DNA from: a virus
Lineage: Duplodnaviria; Caudoviricetes
IMG/VR virus record: IMGVR_UViG_3300042465_003931
Coordinates: 1-61,521 of that record
Direction: 5' to 3' (one strand)
Length of the DNA stretch: 61,521 bases
In this document: piece by piece, positions 27,301 to 34,991 of the stretch
How positions within the stretch are numbered: position 1 is the stretch's first letter
Layout of the letters: every line of letters starts with the position of its first letter
Notes under the pieces: model-generated
The model's database searches: none
Seen by the model: only the letters and a program-made list of their open reading frames with translations
Told to the model about the DNA's origin: nothing
Position numbers and translations under genes: made by a program

Positions 27301-30300
27301 ATATACGACCCTGGAGAGCGCGAGCGCATTCCCGTTGCTCCCTTCGTCACCAAGACCGAAGGCTGGCTGAACCTCGCCCTCAAGCGCATCATGGTCATGG
27401 CCGCAGAAGGTGGCTATGACAAGGTGGCTTTTGTAAGCGGCAAGCAGTCTGCTGAGCGGTATGACCTGAGCAAGCAGGTTGACAGCATCACCTACGAGCC
27501 CACATCGAAAGGGTACTACATCAACGTCATGGCGGGCGGCCAGAACATCAAGAACGGCGACTTCACGACTGCCGAGCTTGAGGACATTGTGGGCAAAGAA
27601 ATTGTCCAGAAGATGGAAGCTCGCGAGGGCAAGCAGGAATTTGACCCAGAAGTCGAGCCCGACTTGGCAGAGACGCGATCCTTGTCAGGCCTCGACCTCA
27701 AGGTCGGCGGCGAAGGCATGAAGACCTTCTACGACACCATCGTCCCGACAGCAGTGAAGAAGCTGTTGCCGAAGGTGGACGGTGGGCAGATGGAGATGGT
27801 TGATGTGCAGGTGCCGCCCGCATCAGCTATGTATCCAGACAAAACGACACTGCGTGAAACTATTCAGCAGTCTGGCTTCGATGTCACTCCCGACATGAAG
27901 CGCAAGGTTGAAACAACTGGCCTGCCAAGGTTTAGTCTGCGTGAACCCGGTCAGCCGACAACGCGCACAAATGTTATTGCAGCCATGAATGCCGCGCAAG
28001 AAAAGCAGCCGTATATGAACTGCCAGCTATGCGTGCAAATGGCAACTGGAATCCCAAAACTTCGTGAGTTGCCAAAAGTTAAAACGGCCAAGATTGGAGA
28101 TATTTACACGTTTGGCGAGACTAAAGATTCGGCTTTGCATTACGCCGTAGATATTGGTGAAGGAGATGTTGTCGAGGTTGAAGGGTGGGGCGAGCCAGTT
28201 CGTATTGTTCCGCTGCGCGATGTTGTCGCAGAATACGATCAACCGTCCGCAATTCGTCGCCCGCCCGATACTGCTTACAGTGCAAACGCATTTTCCAAAT
28301 ACAGCCTGCGCGAAGGCCCGCGCATGAACCTGCGGGATCAGACCGATCCTGCTATCCGCGCTCGTGTTGCGCAGACCATCACATCCCGGGAAGAGAAGAC
28401 GTTCGCTCAAAGGATCTTGGAGGCAATCTCTCCGAAGTCCTTCAGCACCTTCCGGCAAAACGCTCTCAACAGGTACAACTACCTGAGCGTTCTTGGCAAG
28501 AAAAAGGTTGCCATGATGGGTGGTGCCGATCTTCTGGCTGACGCAGATGCTGAGGCGGCGGCTCTTCTGTCCGATCTTGCTGCCGGTGTTACCGCCTCTG
28601 CTCTTGGTGTCAATGATCGCAAGGGCGGATCACCTGTTTACAAGCACTACTTCGTTGTCGAGGCAAACGGTCAAACACTGTCTCAGAAGTACACCAGCCG
28701 GTCAGCAGCCGAAGCAGCCGCCGCGAAGGTAAACGGTGTTGCGAAGGAGCGCGGCTACACAACGGTCGACAACTTCAATAACACCGTCAAAGGACCGGCT
28801 GCGATCTTTGCTCCGCTTGCCAAGTACAACGACCCGTATGCCTACGAACTGTTCAGCTTCTACTCCGGCGTGAAGCGTGGCAATCGGTTCATGTACAAAA
28901 TTGATCCGAAGACCGGCAAGCCTGTTGAAAAGCTGTTTGAACCTGCCGACGTCCAAGAGGCGGCAAAGCTGGAGATCCAATACCCGGAGTTCAAGGACAT
29001 CCACAAGGAGTGGATCGCGTACAACGACAAGCTCGTTGACTTCATGCGCGACACTGGGATCATCAGTGCTCAGAACGCGGCAGAGTTCAAGGCTCACGGA
29101 GACTACTTCCCCTTCTACCGGCAGATCGATGGCGATCCAGATGCAGTTGGACCGAAGATCTTCCAATCGATTGCTGCCGTCAAGCCGCCGAAGAAGCTCA
29201 AGGGCTCCGAAGCTCCTCTCGGAGACTTCCTTGAGAACATCGTGCGCAATACTCAATCCGCTGTTCAGGCGGGGATGAAGAACGTTGCTGCCCGCCGCGC
29301 TGCTGAGCTTGGTATGGATGTGGGCGTGGTCGATGAGATTGGTCCTGGCATCACGCCTGACCCTGTCACCTCGTTCTATGTCTTGGAGAACGGTCTCAAG
29401 AAGCACTACGAAACCAGCGATCTTCTGTTTATAAACGCCATCAAGAGCCTGAACATGCCGGATCTTCCGTTCATTGGCATGTTTGCTGGTCCGGCCAATC
29501 TGCTGCGGACGTTGGTGACGAAGGATCCTGGATTCATTCTGGCGAACCTGATGCGAGACTCCATGTCTGCCTGGGTGACTTCAGGCGTGAAGATGACACC
29601 AATCGTTGACACGGTCGCCAACTTTGGTCGAGCGTTGGCAAAGAAGTCTGGCGATTACGAAGCCCTGCTCAACGCTGGTGTCATCGGCGGGTATGAGTTT
29701 GCCCAGAACGTTGAAACAAGCGGCAGAGAGTTTGGTGGAGAGCTTCGCCGTCGGGCTGGAACCCCAACCGTTCGGGAGCAGATCACAAAGCCGATCACCT
29801 CTTTGTGGGGCGCTCTGGAACAAGCGAGTACAGCTTCTGATGCAGCAACTCGGATGGAGGTCTACAAGAAGACTCTTGCAGAGACCGGCAACGAGGCAGA
29901 GGCTTTGTTCCGCGCTCTTGAGGTGATGAACTTCAACCGCAAGGGATCGTCTGCTGTGGTCCGTATCTTGACCGCTGGGGTTCCGTTCCTCAATGCTCGG
30001 ATGCAGGGCTTGGACATTCTGTACCGGGCGGCAATCGCTCCATCGTTGGACAAGTCGGCAAGTGATCGCGCAAAGCAGATCCAGAAGACCTTCTTTGTGC
30101 GTGGCTCCATGATCATGGCAATGTCAGCCATGTACTGGCTGATGACGCATGACGACGAAGAATATAAGAAGCAGGAGCAAGAAACCAAGGATAACTACTG
30201 GCTTCTTCCTTCGTTGGGTGTGAAGATCCCGATCCCGTTTGAAGTGGGTGTTCTCTTCAAGGTAATCCCGGAGCGGATCATGGCCTACACAATAGGCACC

Positions 30301-31017
30301 GATACCGCGAAGGATTTCAAAGACTCGATGATCCGACAGGTCACAAACACGTTGGCGTTCAATCCAATCCCTCAGACGTTTATACCAATCATCGAGACCT
30401 ACACCAACTTCTCGTTCTTCACCCGTCGACCCATCATTCCTCAAGGCCTGGAGAACGTTGCCCCGGAGTATCAAGTTGGGCCGGGCACATCAAAGTTGGC
30501 AGAAGGTATCGGGAAGACCATTGGCATGTCTCCGATGCTCATCGATCAGTTGATCGGCGGGTACACCGGGACGATGGGCATGTACGCGGTTGACCTAATG
30601 GACTCCATCTACAACACGATGGCAGACTCTCCAAAGCCGTCTAAACGCTTTGAGCAAATGCCGGTTATTCGCAGATTTTCGGTCGATCCGGAAGCGCGTG
30701 GAGCGGTAACCGCTTACTACGATCTCCGCAATGCTGTAGACGAGGCGGTTCGTACCACGAACCTTCTTGAAAGGACGATGGACTACAAGAACTACGGCGA
30801 GTTCATGAAGGACAACATGAAGCTCCTTGCCGCCAAGGACTACGTAAGCGACATGGACAAGACGCTGAAGGAACTTCGAGAGATGAAGACTCAGATCCGC
30901 ATCTCCACATTGAGCGCGGATCAGAAGCGGGACAACATCACGTCCATCAACAGGATGGAAAACGCTCTAGTCAAGAACATCCAAGAACTCAAGAAGATGT
31001 ACCAGTCAGAATCTTGA
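21331..31017 (+). CDS. giant polyvalent ejected protein (3228 aa) with C-terminal LPD38-like domain
   Basis: N-terminal Gly/Ala membrane-like helices; two HExxH motifs (HELVH 23689, HESLH 24943); HhH-like, EEIQSDW and papain-like modules; C-terminal KDNYW...IPIPFE.G.LF...PER. Confidence 0.8.
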   Translation: MPTYEVEIPGRGTFLVESPSPLSDIQAYQAAISQQQEPAEEPQLVQTSAPAEAGFFPSVKRGFLQTQMLGGDILPAMVGRLFGADEFAERQLREAAETQQRIQREVPVGIESYKDIGSISDAWLYAKEAVGESLASIIPSLITGGVAGVLARPAMAAANTAAKEAAERTLMGAAMGMGPPTQAALQKAKTEAIQAGVQAAEKVALRYQAIGGFAGSAAMNVPEVYQNVLQETGKESIPAALIAGGFNAALDAILPISLLARARKAGIPENELMAAWYKRGAAGLGKGFLVEGATEAAQEASSIAAENFVAENSDVFNSKNLERVINAGIRGGIGGGVISGAADIALGKAPPAEISDRQRAEQLQRDILGDIQKARAEQTLEEQKVAEKARLEAERPPSVDQLVDEARQSDGYGRLERVKQRLLTFKSTPEIKQSLEVIKELQKRMVVEDVQRRAPAEPTVMDDKMIRSLGFVPGGEKSVYAQLLGRSIADPEALAFLSKYAQTRAKPQTKQRIESFLAVNQARTAPLTAEEIAGTQPTGEIVIGGQRKEKEPKAPTEPKGPTERQEATEFGKAIGATGEDALRGRVNVKAQSAAKQGDLPGVVEALSESKSPIVREVAARSRELDTGIVIDENASEQYEGKSAVIQQLSIDGAKMHLDALSKVRELSAQVDALPDGAQLPDDVILARIPAVDNGQDVGSLTLDDISRSGNSMFDDLPSGSYPLRTKEDFVKLRDDLEGLTQRLGEEKLTLTSTGSSKMVGVSGVYDAANDVIRVPTYSAKDERVLAHELVHAQALKAIANPTPAQKPAVERLQKLYQHVKNVLSAKEKVPYGISSVQEFVAEGLSNPRFQFQLKRIKYENQSAWSSFVESIAKLLGLKKDNAFTELLSIYSELAPPATPAKPGKPKGAIMGSALLRDVNEALGGLSPSLLSEFSFRVETKRRDKKGRAITQWRNPLTPKGPLFRSGGEGDYIEIARALEERGYLEPGSVERDPTDAGERAKDLIKSALSGDEVLTIDEQTEQGRLFAERRDREEQKRLDALRENGEYDSLDDDSALEAENERLAIIEEADLSASDVNSLEDDDIPFDFTLEDIQNEQKQVSGKAAEAASKEGAAAPEAGEAAPGAVSEPPFTLAEAQKPKPIKLSKETEAKIDELGKILERIMSKMGMKNVALSIVQDLRANGEYANRLIKLALDAESPVRDLRHESLHAMKELGFFSDAQWAALEKQARDKWIDKYLKKRTSTIDGQQMSRYDAYMKLYNNNEDRVIEEAIADAFGDFDITKPPPGLTQAILRRMRDMFRAIKEAMGMANIDNAEDIFRRVEKGELKERMPAVQRQAMASLREGAEQTSVGIMDGRIKVDLGKNVTVDKVGGYFDNLIKEQFGKSLDYNDKAAMDRAIKIATDEVALQMKERKSGLDWYEQDVKKAFKQTIEIIPELKTAQKRILFSVVAGIMSPQTIARDNWFIAAKAFEHYIKTGDIPGINPDNGNLWMGGTQSANKKVQLDFLNAMVKAMGEKKAVKWLMEDHTVKEINQFRKQYGGIVSGIEGKLTDTRPGLYAFGPKIGPFVSNLNGIHDVTVDKWMTRSFNRYFGTMTGPDGKIIDAPTEPQRRAVKALVNEVAKNANIKPYQVQSVLWFFEQRLFTKLGAQSPSYGFSDGSKRFQDYARDRSGKESVQPAAGADGARLSLRGPQPDIRYSLRDKLGMYSELENKIEVGSNKAPAASWKAYINGLTQKGVKPEEIEWSGVKDWLDLQKGMVTKEELLNYLKQGGVRVEETVLGTPLKYEGRKLLNKKYSDAVDAAEAAGVSINPIYIETLPADQRAPEEQSVLDAFNAIKENQDEVSLEDLDRPAKYSTYVLPGGENYRELLLTLPSESRGKHELAKQTWIKFQEQMREKYNGSFAWRRKATKEEKAEADRLVAELDKAVYGIVDYKSRHWDQSNVIAHIRLNDRTDANGNKVLFVEEIQSDWGQEGKKKGFKRGERMEEGQLIYDPGERERIPVAPFVTKTEGWLNLALKRIMVMAAEGGYDKVAFVSGKQSAERYDLSKQVDSITYEPTSKGYYINVMAGGQNIKNGDFTTAELEDIVGKEIVQKMEAREGKQEFDPEVEPDLAETRSLSGLDLKVGGEGMKTFYDTIVPTAVKKLLPKVDGGQMEMVDVQVPPASAMYPDKTTLRETIQQSGFDVTPDMKRKVETTGLPRFSLREPGQPTTRTNVIAAMNAAQEKQPYMNCQLCVQMATGIPKLRELPKVKTAKIGDIYTFGETKDSALHYAVDIGEGDVVEVEGWGEPVRIVPLRDVVAEYDQPSAIRRPPDTAYSANAFSKYSLREGPRMNLRDQTDPAIRARVAQTITSREEKTFAQRILEAISPKSFSTFRQNALNRYNYLSVLGKKKVAMMGGADLLADADAEAAALLSDLAAGVTASALGVNDRKGGSPVYKHYFVVEANGQTLSQKYTSRSAAEAAAAKVNGVAKERGYTTVDNFNNTVKGPAAIFAPLAKYNDPYAYELFSFYSGVKRGNRFMYKIDPKTGKPVEKLFEPADVQEAAKLEIQYPEFKDIHKEWIAYNDKLVDFMRDTGIISAQNAAEFKAHGDYFPFYRQIDGDPDAVGPKIFQSIAAVKPPKKLKGSEAPLGDFLENIVRNTQSAVQAGMKNVAARRAAELGMDVGVVDEIGPGITPDPVTSFYVLENGLKKHYETSDLLFINAIKSLNMPDLPFIGMFAGPANLLRTLVTKDPGFILANLMRDSMSAWVTSGVKMTPIVDTVANFGRALAKKSGDYEALLNAGVIGGYEFAQNVETSGREFGGELRRRAGTPTVREQITKPITSLWGALEQASTASDAATRMEVYKKTLAETGNEAEALFRALEVMNFNRKGSSAVVRILTAGVPFLNARMQGLDILYRAAIAPSLDKSASDRAKQIQKTFFVRGSMIMAMSAMYWLMTHDDEEYKKQEQETKDNYWLLPSLGVKIPIPFEVGVLFKVIPERIMAYTIGTDTAKDFKDSMIRQVTNTLAFNPIPQTFIPIIETYTNFSFFTRRPIIPQGLENVAPEYQVGPGTSKLAEGIGKTIGMSPMLIDQLIGGYTGTMGMYAVDLMDSIYNTMADSPKPSKRFEQMPVIRRFSVDPEARGAVTAYYDLRNAVDEAVRTTNLLERTMDYKNYGEFMKDNMKLLAAKDYVSDMDKTLKELREMKTQIRISTLSADQKRDNITSINRMENALVKNIQELKKMYQSES

Positions 31018-31258
31018 TGGTGTCATTGAGGACGGTCATCTCGTCCTTCTTGTAAACAGACCAGATGCGAGCCTGTCCATGGATCCCATTGAAGGATCCC
31101 TGATGGCAATCCTTGCATAAGGGGATGCAAAGATACTGAAGTCCTTGCTTGATGTGATGAGCGTCACTCGGCCCTGCGGCACCACAAACACCGCAGGGCA
31201 TTTCTTTTATAAACGCCAGATGACGCTTTTCGTCAGCCTTTAGATTCTTGCTGTTCAT
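30989..31258 (-). CDS. Ref-like HNH nuclease
   Basis: H...IK..PC.VCG.....AHH....IPLC..CH.G..GIH. Confidence 0.65.
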   Translation of the reverse strand: MNSKNLKADEKRHLAFIKEMPCGVCGAAGPSDAHHIKQGLQYLCIPLCKDCHQGSFNGIHGQARIWSVYKKDEMTVLNDTIKILTGTSS

Positions 31259-31311
31259 GTCTTGTCAATCAAACTGACTCCAGCTAGTGGCTCTGTAGTT
31301 CCATGTGTCCT

Positions 31312-31377
31312 TTACTCTTTCCAAAGCAAGAGTACAAGTGTGATAACGATGTTGGCGATAGCGATAAGCTCGATCAT
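31312..31377 (-). CDS. 21-aa hydrophobic micropeptide (not in ORF track)
   Basis: MIELIAIANIVITLVLLLWKE; ATGA-coupled to the upstream gene; AAGGA RBS. Confidence 0.35.
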   Translation of the reverse strand: MIELIAIANIVITLVLLLWKE

Positions 31378-31598
31378 GGTTTGTCCTTCGTCGGCCGATT
31401 CCAGACCCATATGGTGGCCTTGGCGTCTGTTCTTCCGCATTGGGAGATAAGGCCTTCATCCTCTAACACCTTGCGCCAGCGATAGATGACACCTCTGTCG
31501 AGGCCGGTCAGTGAAGAGAGTTCGTCAACGGTTCTCGGGGCCTTGACCCACAGGGCCAGCATGTCAGCCCACTTCTTGATGTTGTCAGCTCTTGCCAC
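31374..31598 (-). CDS. small HTH protein
   Basis: AGGAG plus GTG start; TVDELSSLTGLDRGVIYRW. Confidence 0.6.
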   Translation of the reverse strand: MARADNIKKWADMLALWVKAPRTVDELSSLTGLDRGVIYRWRKVLEDEGLISQCGRTDAKATIWVWNRPTKDKP

Positions 31599-31608
31599 CT
31601 TCTCTCCT
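31585..31608. repeat. 24-bp direct repeat, copy 1 (copy 2 at 31853-31876)
   Basis: TCAGCTCTTGCCACCTTCTCTCCT is identical at both sites. Confidence 0.95.
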
Positions 31609-31866
31609 TTGGGGTTCGCCGTCCCAGCGCACGTTGCGCTCTTCCAAAATTGTTTCCAGCACATGCAGGAAATGGCGGTTGAGATCCACATAAATGTACC
31701 GCGTGGGGTTATTGACGGCGTTGTCGTGAGTGAGGAACGTATCGCCGGGGTCTATTTCTTCCACAAGCCGTTGTTGTGCCGAAAGCGCGGTGCGAACACG
31801 CTCCTCGACTGTTTGCTTTGACCAAAGTTTACCGGCGGGCCTGTCGGTATTTTCAGCTCTTGCCAC
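31585..31866 (-). CDS. hypothetical protein bracketed by the 24-bp repeats
   Basis: Its start and stop both lie inside the repeat copies. Confidence 0.55.
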   Translation of the reverse strand: MARAENTDRPAGKLWSKQTVEERVRTALSAQQRLVEEIDPGDTFLTHDNAVNNPTRYIYVDLNRHFLHVLETILEERNVRWDGEPQRREGGKS

Positions 31867-32065
31867 CTTCTCTCCTCTGAATTTCTCTGTCGATATACCA
31901 CCGGGCCTTCTTGAGATCCTCGATGGCGTCGTGTTTCAGGTCTGCACGCCAGATGTACTTGACGGCGTTGCCAAGACAAAAGCTCATGTGCTCGGTGATC
32001 TGGATGCACTCGACACCTGAAGGATGTCCAGTGTAGTGCTGGGGGTGATTGACTGGGTCGTGCAT
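31853..32065 (-). CDS. DUF3310 family protein
   Basis: DPVNHPQHY...ECI....FCLGNAVKYIWRA..K...EDLKKARWYI. Confidence 0.85.
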   Translation of the reverse strand: MHDPVNHPQHYTGHPSGVECIQITEHMSFCLGNAVKYIWRADLKHDAIEDLKKARWYIDREIQRREGGKS

Positions 32066-32217
32066 ATGGGTATCCTCATTTCACAGGGAACGCCTTCGAG
32101 TTCCCACGGGCCTGTCCACACTTGCCGATCATGCGGCGGGTCGGTGCGGCGGCGGCAGGTTGCGCACTCCGACAGGTCAGTGCCGAGGCAACGGGCTACG
32201 TCGGCGGGAAGGGTCAT
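31984..32217 (-). CDS. small Cys-rich hypothetical protein
   Basis: DVARC.G.....C.TC.R; GAGGAG RBS. Confidence 0.5.
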   Translation of the reverse strand: MTLPADVARCLGTDLSECATCRRRTDPPHDRQVWTGPWELEGVPCEMRIPICTTQSITPSTTLDILQVSSASRSPST

Positions 32218-32387
32218 GTCTTACTCCTCTCCAGGTCAGCCAGGCCACCCTTGGCCCGCCAGCGGCTGACGTACTTGATCACGTTGCCCTCGAAGTAGCC
32301 GATGCCGTTCGCGTGGATGTACTCCACCGGCTGGATCTTCAGGTCCTTGTAGTGGCCACCTGCCACCTGCACGTCGAGTGCGCTCAT
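32214..32387 (-). pseudogene. second DUF3310 gene, C-terminally shortened (57 aa, not in ORF track)
   Basis: MSALDVQVAGGHYKDLKIQPVEYIHANGIGYFEGNVIKYVSRWRAKGGLADLERSKT*. The usual final helix after DL is missing. Confidence 0.6.
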
Positions 32388-32704
32388 GCGTTCGTTCCTT
32401 CTGCTTTGGCGATGGCGGCGCGAACGACGTCGTGATTTCTACGCGCCGTGTCCGCTCTGCTTTGCACAAAGTTGCTCCCGTAAGCGCAGTCAGCGTACTG
32501 AAACTTGAGCCGCTCCAATGTTGGAAGCACGAGTTTCAATGCCGTCAGCAGTTCAGCGTTCAGCAGTTCCGCCTTCAGCCGCTCGGCTGCGGCGGCCCAC
32601 CGAGCGTAGTTCTCTGCACGCTCAGCGAACTCTGCCGGTACACCAAAGTCTTTGGCGTTGATCGGCGGATCTGGTCGGTGTACGGCTTTGGATTGGTCAG
32701 CCAT
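32384..32704 (-). CDS. hypothetical protein (MADQ...RAAIAKAEG type)
   Basis: AAGGAG RBS; coupled to its neighbours. Confidence 0.55.
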   Translation of the reverse strand: MADQSKAVHRPDPPINAKDFGVPAEFAERAENYARWAAAAERLKAELLNAELLTALKLVLPTLERLKFQYADCAYGSNFVQSRADTARRNHDVVRAAIAKAEGTNA

Positions 32705-33242
32705 GATTCTTCTCCTTCAGCTTGGCCTCGATGGCGCGGGCGAGTTGCGTGTAGCGGTTGGGTTCGCTGTCTTCTAACGTCCAGCCCCGCTGCCAATCCA
32801 AGTCAGACTCGCGCACCGCGTCGATGATCTCCTCCTCGCTCAACGACCGCCACTCGCGGCGGGGTGGGGCGGTGTAGAGCTTTGTACCGATTGGTAGCTT
32901 CCAGACTAATGTCGGGTCGATAAACGGCTTGCTGCCCTCATAGAAATGCCCACGGCTCATGTAGTCTGGCTCTTTTTCTACGACCAACACCGGCTCGGCC
33001 TGCTCCTGCTGCGCCAGCGCGGCGCGCAGGGCGATGCGTGCCACGTGCTCAAACTCATAGCTGCGATGCGTGTCGTCTAGCCCGCATTGTTCCAACGCCT
33101 CCAGCGCCCCTTCATCAGCACAGGGTTTGCAATAGACGACGTAGCTGATGTAGGGGCCATGTGTGTCGCTGTAGCGCTTCAACACAATAGCGGCTGTGTC
33201 GGAGTGATGTTCTGCTGTGTGACCACATGTACACACTATCAT
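32697..33242 (-). CDS. mosaic accessory protein (LYTAPP module)
   Basis: Shares DNA blocks with 34174..34527 and 34524..34991. Confidence 0.6.
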   Translation of the reverse strand: MIVCTCGHTAEHHSDTAAIVLKRYSDTHGPYISYVVYCKPCADEGALEALEQCGLDDTHRSYEFEHVARIALRAALAQQEQAEPVLVVEKEPDYMSRGHFYEGSKPFIDPTLVWKLPIGTKLYTAPPRREWRSLSEEEIIDAVRESDLDWQRGWTLEDSEPNRYTQLARAIEAKLKEKNHG

Positions 33243-33433
33243 AGCTGTTTAGCCTCATCAATAAGCCTGTGTGTTTTCTTTACTATATTGCTGTGGAAAG
33301 TGGTGTCAATCCAACCATCAGAATCAAAGACGATTTCATTCAACAAATCAATGAGTTTGTCTTGCATGTCAGCGTAGTCGCTGATGCGCTTCTGAAGAGT
33401 TAGCCAATCGAGTGGATTATTCATTTCTGCCAT
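33239..33433 (-). CDS. hypothetical protein
   Basis: Coupled ORF in an AT-richer segment. Confidence 0.45.
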   Translation of the reverse strand: MAEMNNPLDWLTLQKRISDYADMQDKLIDLLNEIVFDSDGWIDTTFHSNIVKKTHRLIDEAKQL

Positions 33434-33451
33434 TTCATTGGAAACAAAGGT

Positions 33452-33727
33452 TCACGTCTCTTGATTGTCAGCCAAAACAGTGACGACTTTGATTTGACTG
33501 CACATGGCATCGTGGGCGCTCTCAAGCGTCCTAAATAGAGCACGCATTGTTGGAGTTTGCTGCTCAGGTTGAATACACTCTTGTCTATATTTGAGGGTGG
33601 AATAGTCATAGATGTGAACCCAGAGTGGTTTGTTGAAATATCCTGCACCAGTAATGGTTTCAGGAATGACAGCGACAATGCGTTCACTGCCTTTCAAATC
33701 TATCTGACATTGTGGAGGATGTTTCAT
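33452..33727 (-). CDS. hypothetical protein
   Basis: AGGA RBS; coupled ORF. Confidence 0.5.
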   Translation of the reverse strand: MKHPPQCQIDLKGSERIVAVIPETITGAGYFNKPLWVHIYDYSTLKYRQECIQPEQQTPTMRALFRTLESAHDAMCSQIKVVTVLADNQET

Positions 33728-33897
33728 ATTCCTACCAATAGAAGTGCTGCAACAGTGCCTAATACTACACCAATGGTGCAGCAGACGGCGACAACAAAGA
33801 ATGGCTCACGCTTGTAAACAAGCTCGATGCAATAGGGATGACGGGCTGGCCAGGCTTCCACGGTAGAGCGTGGAAAACGGCGTGTGGTGGTGTTCAT
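33724..33897 (-). CDS. small C-terminally anchored membrane protein (not in ORF track)
   Basis: MNTTTRRFPRSTVEAW...FFVVAVCCTIGVVLGTVAALLLVGI; ATGA overlaps on both sides. Confidence 0.5.
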   Translation of the reverse strand: MNTTTRRFPRSTVEAWPARHPYCIELVYKREPFFVVAVCCTIGVVLGTVAALLLVGI

Positions 33898-34181
33898 ATC
33901 TTCCCCATCGCCGCGTCGATAGCGGCATCAGCGTCTTCGCCGGTGAGAAGCGTCAACACCCCGTTTTCGTCGTCGCAGTCGATCCACACCCCTGCGGCAT
34001 TGCCGATGACAGGAAGGATTTCTTGCGGATTGCGGTTGCGCAGGTAGCGGTAGCGCTCGGCGTCAGCGTGCAACCGGCGCAGTTCAGCGGCTGCTTGTTG
34101 CATAGCGCTGTAAGTTGACTGCGTGCCAACAGGCGCTTCTAATTCATCAGCCAACCGCAGGGCGGTAGGTTGGTCAGCCAT
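33894..34181 (-). CDS. hypothetical protein (ALRLADEL / DAERYRYLR type)
   Basis: AAGGAG RBS; common phage accessory motifs. Confidence 0.6.
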   Translation of the reverse strand: MADQPTALRLADELEAPVGTQSTYSAMQQAAAELRRLHADAERYRYLRNRNPQEILPVIGNAAGVWIDCDDENGVLTLLTGEDADAAIDAAMGKI

Positions 34182-34527
34182 TGTTCTTCTCCTTTAGCGC
34201 GGCCTCGATGGCGCGGGCAACGGTGCGTGAAAAGTGCGTGTCTTCTTGGTCTACCGCCCACCGTATGGCAGTGTCGCGCTCCTCCTCGCTCAACGACTGC
34301 CACTCGTGGCGGGGTGGGGCGGTGTAGAGGGGAACAAAATCAGGATGAGGCCGGTCCACGGAAACAAACCGCATTCCAGAATCATCTGTCAGCATCCAGG
34401 CTTTCGGCTTCTGCTCCTGCTGCGCCAGCAGCTTGCGGAAACGCTCGGCATAGGCCGCGAAGTGACCGCACCCGCCGCTCTCGTAGTCGGCCACAAACTG
34501 CTGGGCAGCTTCACGCAGTGTTGTCAT
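34174..34527 (-). CDS. mosaic accessory protein (MTTLREAAQQ / LYTAPP modules)
   Basis: AAGGAG RBS; shared DNA blocks. Confidence 0.6.
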   Translation of the reverse strand: MTTLREAAQQFVADYESGGCGHFAAYAERFRKLLAQQEQKPKAWMLTDDSGMRFVSVDRPHPDFVPLYTAPPRHEWQSLSEEERDTAIRWAVDQEDTHFSRTVARAIEAALKEKNNG

Positions 34528-34991
34528 GCGTTCTTCTCCTTCAGCGCGGACTCGACTGCGCGGGCGAAAGCTAGATTCCACCCACCCTGCTGCCCAGGCG
34601 TCTCGATGCCCATGCGTCGAATCTCCTCCTCGCTCAACCCCTGCCACTCGCGGCGAGGTGGATGGGTGTAGAGGGGCACGTCGTCCTCGCTTGTTTTGCG
34701 TCGCCAAATCGTTCCGCCGACGGCCATCCAAGCGTAGGGCGCCACCGGTTCCGGCTCCTCCTGCGGTGCGTTTACCCACTGCTCAAAAGGCACGCCGTTT
34801 GGATGCTGGGCATCAACCACAGTACATTTGTAACGCACTGTTGGCTCGTGCTCCTTCTGCGCCAGCGCGGCGCGGAGGGCGGTGATGGCGTCCATAACCT
34901 GCAATCGCTGTTTTTCAGCGGAACCAACGTCGTAATGCGTTGCCTCCAACGCCTCCAGCGCCTGCTGGGCGGCTTCACGCAGTGTTGTCAT
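34524..34991 (-). CDS. mosaic accessory protein (MTTLREAAQQ / LYTHPP modules)
   Basis: Shared DNA blocks; coupled to its neighbours. Confidence 0.6.
   Translation of the reverse strand: MTTLREAAQQALEALEATHYDVGSAEKQRLQVMDAITALRAALAQKEHEPTVRYKCTVVDAQHPNGVPFEQWVNAPQEEPEPVAPYAWMAVGGTIWRRKTSEDDVPLYTHPPRREWQGLSEEEIRRMGIETPGQQGGWNLAFARAVESALKEKNA

Noticed and set aside
32693-34991. CRISPR array
   Set aside because: The repeats are degenerate, coding and irregularly spaced. No cas operon is present; the Cas4-like nuclease sits in a recombination module.
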